Origin: Bacteroidales bacterium
Lineage (GTDB): Bacteria; Bacteroidota; Bacteroidia; Bacteroidales; CAIWKO01
NCBI GenBank assembly: GCA_035389045.1
Contig: DAOORA010000037.1
Coordinates: forward strand, 1 to 40,284
Direction: 5' to 3'
DNA: 40,284 nt
Shown here: piece after piece, positions 37,442 through 40,284 of the stretch
How the letters are laid out: every line of letters starts with the position of its first letter
Position numbering within the stretch: position 1 is the first letter of the stretch
Position numbers and translations under genes: made by a program
Notes under the pieces: generated by a model
What the model saw: the letters and a program-made list of their open reading frames with translations, nothing else
What the model was told of the DNA's origin: nothing
Database searches by the model: none

Positions 37442-37867
37442 TCCTTTCGAAATTAAGATGTTTACTTTGTCAATCCTAATAAAGTTTTTTTCCCATCACA
37501 AATAAATATTTAATACGAATCATTTCAGTCTCCCAGAATTAACAATTACCATTATTCTTTTCTCTTTGGGGGCAGGGAAGTGGATTGTTAATCAGGACTT
37601 TTTCCATGAGCCAGATTTTATCAACCTGTTATTCTGAGATTTCCCGTCTTAACCAGTGTCAATATAATAAATCAGGTAATTTACAAATTTAATGTTTTTC
37701 AAAAACAATGTAAATATTTTCCATAGTTTTTTAACTCACAATGGAAATTCTTTATGAAAAACAGGTTTGATTAACGAGCGCCTCAGGTATGGTTAAGGTT
37801 TTGTTTTTGCGTTATTATTACGACAGATCTAATCTGTCAGTAAAACGACTTTTTCCAGAAACCTCTG

Positions 37868-40228
37868 CTATCTTATTATTTCAAACATTTTTGAATATCT
37901 TTTTGCTTTATGATTCAGCACCAGCAAGTATATTGCCTCAGGCAATTCTTTAAGGGAGATGGTTTTCAGGTTTTTTCCTTTATGACAATTAATTAGTTCA
38001 GAAAAAATAACTTTTTGGCCATTCATATCATAAATCTCTACCTCCGCACTGCCTTTTTCATTAGCTGTAAATTCTATCTTCAATAGGTCATATGCAGGAT
38101 TGGGAAAAACAGACAGTTCATCATTCCGTCCGTAGCTAATATTTGTTTCTTCCATGCCCAGGGTATGGTCAAAAGGTTCTATCATGATCACACCTGCATG
38201 AAAATCCGTTAAATAAATGGTGCCATCCGGCCCTACAGTCACGGTACTGTTACCATATAGGTTTTTCCACCCGCCTGTACCACGGCATTGGGCAACAAGC
38301 ACTGCACCGGTCATGGAAGACAGGTCATAAATCTTCAAACCAAAAAACCTGTCGGCCACGTAAAGGTATTTGTTTTTCAATACAACACCGAAAGCTCTTT
38401 GTGTAAACTTAAAATCCATCCCAATTTCGTTAAGATTATTTCCATCCCAGTTGTACCAGGCAAATTGAGGCCCGTATGCCACGGCGATGATTCCGTTTTC
38501 GACGGATATGGAATGTATCTCATCATCCGAGAGAAATCCAAAACCCAATGGAAGCCTTATAGTATCAAGAAAAATAAAGCCGGCGTCAACCACCTTCTGT
38601 GCACAGAGGTAATGGACATTATTGATGGTCTTGCCATAATATACGGTATCCCCCGAAACGGCAAATCCTCCCGCATCGCTGTTCATGGAATCAAGAGCAA
38701 GGTCGTGGTAATTGGAACCGGCATCAAACGGATCAAAAAGAGTAATCCAGGTTTTTTCAAGCAGGTTATCATAGGTCGCCACCATCCGCTCACCCGTATT
38801 GGTTTGAATAATCTTCATGTGCGTCATAAAATTCTTGTTCATATCCCAGGCAAGTTGCTGAACGCCACCCGACAGCCAGGGATTGATGTTATATACTTCC
38901 GATGAGTTCACCATCATCAGGCTATCGTTCAGAAATTCAACATCGCTGCAGAAAAAATGATTGTTTACATCATAGATATGCATCTGTTTTGATCGGGTAT
39001 CAAATCCATAAATAAATTTGAGACTGTCGGGGTTGTATGCCACCAGTCCGTATCCTTCGTGGCAGGCCCATAAAATATTGTTCCTGAATTTATTATTCAC
39101 ACACCATCCGCCGGTTTCAAGAAACCCCAGGGTATCACCGGGCTGAAGCTGCGAAACATCACTTACCAGCACTCCGCACCATTCCGAAGACATTGCTATA
39201 TATGGGGTGCCATCCATGAGTGCCGCATCAAAATGCCACAGCCCGGGAATCACATAAGCTATTTTCTGCATGGTATCAGCAGGCAGGCCGGTTGCATCCA
39301 GTATAGGCATATATGCTGCCGGAAATACAGAGGCATTGGTAGCTGCCGTAGTTACTAAAAACAACGTATCATTCCGTGAATCCATGTTCATGATATTCAG
39401 TTGTGCAAAGCCCAGCACGCCACCACTCAGCGAAAATGTATCCACCGGAAACAGTGTATCTGTGGCAAAATTCAAGGCAAAGAAATTCGATTTATAAAAC
39501 ACGATGTCTTCCGGCCCCGCACAAACATAGATAATACTGTCGTTCGCATCGGCAAACTGCAGATCCTGAACCACGCTGATCTTTTCGCTCTGCCATGCTG
39601 CCACAGGAACATTCAGATTATTTCTGTGATATACGTATATATTTCCTCTGACAGCGGTATCGGGCGACAAATACAAAACGCCCTGCCCACCCACAGCAAT
39701 ATAATCACCCCGACGTGCCACACAAAAAGAGTTGGGCGGCCCGAAACTGCCTGATTTTACAAAGCCTGTTCCGGGCACATATTTCAACATACGCACCCTG
39801 AAATTGTCGGCTACATAAAGCGTATCATTAGTACGACATAAATCATAGGCCGCCGTATCGGCCATACCGTGCATGTCATAATGGGCCAGCACATCAAGCG
39901 AAGGCGAGGTATAGTCAAGCGCATATACACCATCGTGCGTGGCAGCCGCAAAAAGCACATTACCATATAGTTCCGTTTCGTTGATCAGTCCGAGAAAAGG
40001 TCGTTTGGCTACAACAGTATAATGCTGCGGATCAGACATGTCATAAACCCAGATGCTTGTCCCGCATCCGACAATAAGTCGTTTTGCGGTACTGTCCCAG
40101 TTCACATGAAAACCCGCGCTGCCGGGTGTCTGCCCTATTCGGTTTAGTGCTGTAACCTGAGCTGTTGAGGAAGCAACAGCAAATAACAAAATCGTTAAAA
40201 CAAATAAAAAAGCCATTGTTTTTTTCAT
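37868..40228 (-). CDS. T9SS-secreted beta-propeller (LVIVD-like) protein
   Basis: Signal peptide, LYVAD..GLKIYD-type repeats, C-terminal VFPNPA..IYDMNGQ CTD. Confidence 0.82.
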   Translation of the reverse strand: MKKTMAFLFVLTILLFAVASSTAQVTALNRIGQTPGSAGFHVNWDSTAKRLIVGCGTSIWVYDMSDPQHYTVVAKRPFLGLINETELYGNVLFAAATHDGVYALDYTSPSLDVLAHYDMHGMADTAAYDLCRTNDTLYVADNFRVRMLKYVPGTGFVKSGSFGPPNSFCVARRGDYIAVGGQGVLYLSPDTAVRGNIYVYHRNNLNVPVAAWQSEKISVVQDLQFADANDSIIYVCAGPEDIVFYKSNFFALNFATDTLFPVDTFSLSGGVLGFAQLNIMNMDSRNDTLFLVTTAATNASVFPAAYMPILDATGLPADTMQKIAYVIPGLWHFDAALMDGTPYIAMSSEWCGVLVSDVSQLQPGDTLGFLETGGWCVNNKFRNNILWACHEGYGLVAYNPDSLKFIYGFDTRSKQMHIYDVNNHFFCSDVEFLNDSLMMVNSSEVYNINPWLSGGVQQLAWDMNKNFMTHMKIIQTNTGERMVATYDNLLEKTWITLFDPFDAGSNYHDLALDSMNSDAGGFAVSGDTVYYGKTINNVHYLCAQKVVDAGFIFLDTIRLPLGFGFLSDDEIHSISVENGIIAVAYGPQFAWYNWDGNNLNEIGMDFKFTQRAFGVVLKNKYLYVADRFFGLKIYDLSSMTGAVLVAQCRGTGGWKNLYGNSTVTVGPDGTIYLTDFHAGVIMIEPFDHTLGMEETNISYGRNDELSVFPNPAYDLLKIEFTANEKGSAEVEIYDMNGQKVIFSELINCHKGKNLKTISLKELPEAIYLLVLNHKAKRYSKMFEIIR

Positions 40229-40284
40229 AGAAGCTGGTAGATGATTAATATTCCAAATATAAGGAAAATTTATTAAAAAACAGG

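Noticed and set aside
1017..39754. Numerous short antisense or nested ORFs in the track (e.g. 10196-10750, 11686-12258, 15812-16333, 27935-28504, 38288-38905)
   Set aside because: They lie wholly opposite or inside well-supported genes and are shadow ORFs.

Overview
Bacteroidota (probably Bacteroidales) genomic window, judged from T9SS C-terminal domains, a TonB/DUF4249 pair and TAnnTTTG promoters. It has two parts. Left part (1-16632): the right-hand portion of a probable integrative element ending in a tyrosine integrase and a 3' half-copy of tRNA-Pro(GGG) (att site). It carries a minus-strand type III-B CRISPR effector operon (cmr1, HD-less cas10/cmr2, cmr3, cmr4, cmr5, cmr6) with a CorA-family membrane effector and an NrN/DHH phosphodiesterase, the architecture known for SAM-AMP signalling. 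Unusually, the same tightly coupled operon begins with a ClpX paralogue (no Zn-binding domain, IGF loop kept) and an unknown 195-aa protein, and has an unknown 2-TM protein in front of cmr1. Next to it are a cytoplasmic M48 protease-TerB fusion, a PLD/Nuc nuclease and an orphan PP2C phosphatase. cmr6 appears cut at the left edge by an IS1380-like end. No CRISPR array, cas6, cas1 or cas2 is visible. The att site is followed by about 2.4 tandem 153-161 bp units of decayed tRNA-Pro sequence. Right part (17224-40228): ordinary chromosome with T9SS cargo proteins (two share a dockerin/cohesin-like tail), a PHP hydrolase, a TonB receptor plus DUF4249 lipoprotein, trxB, an S8 protease and a NarL-type two-component pair. 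All calls are from motif reading by eye; no database searches were run.
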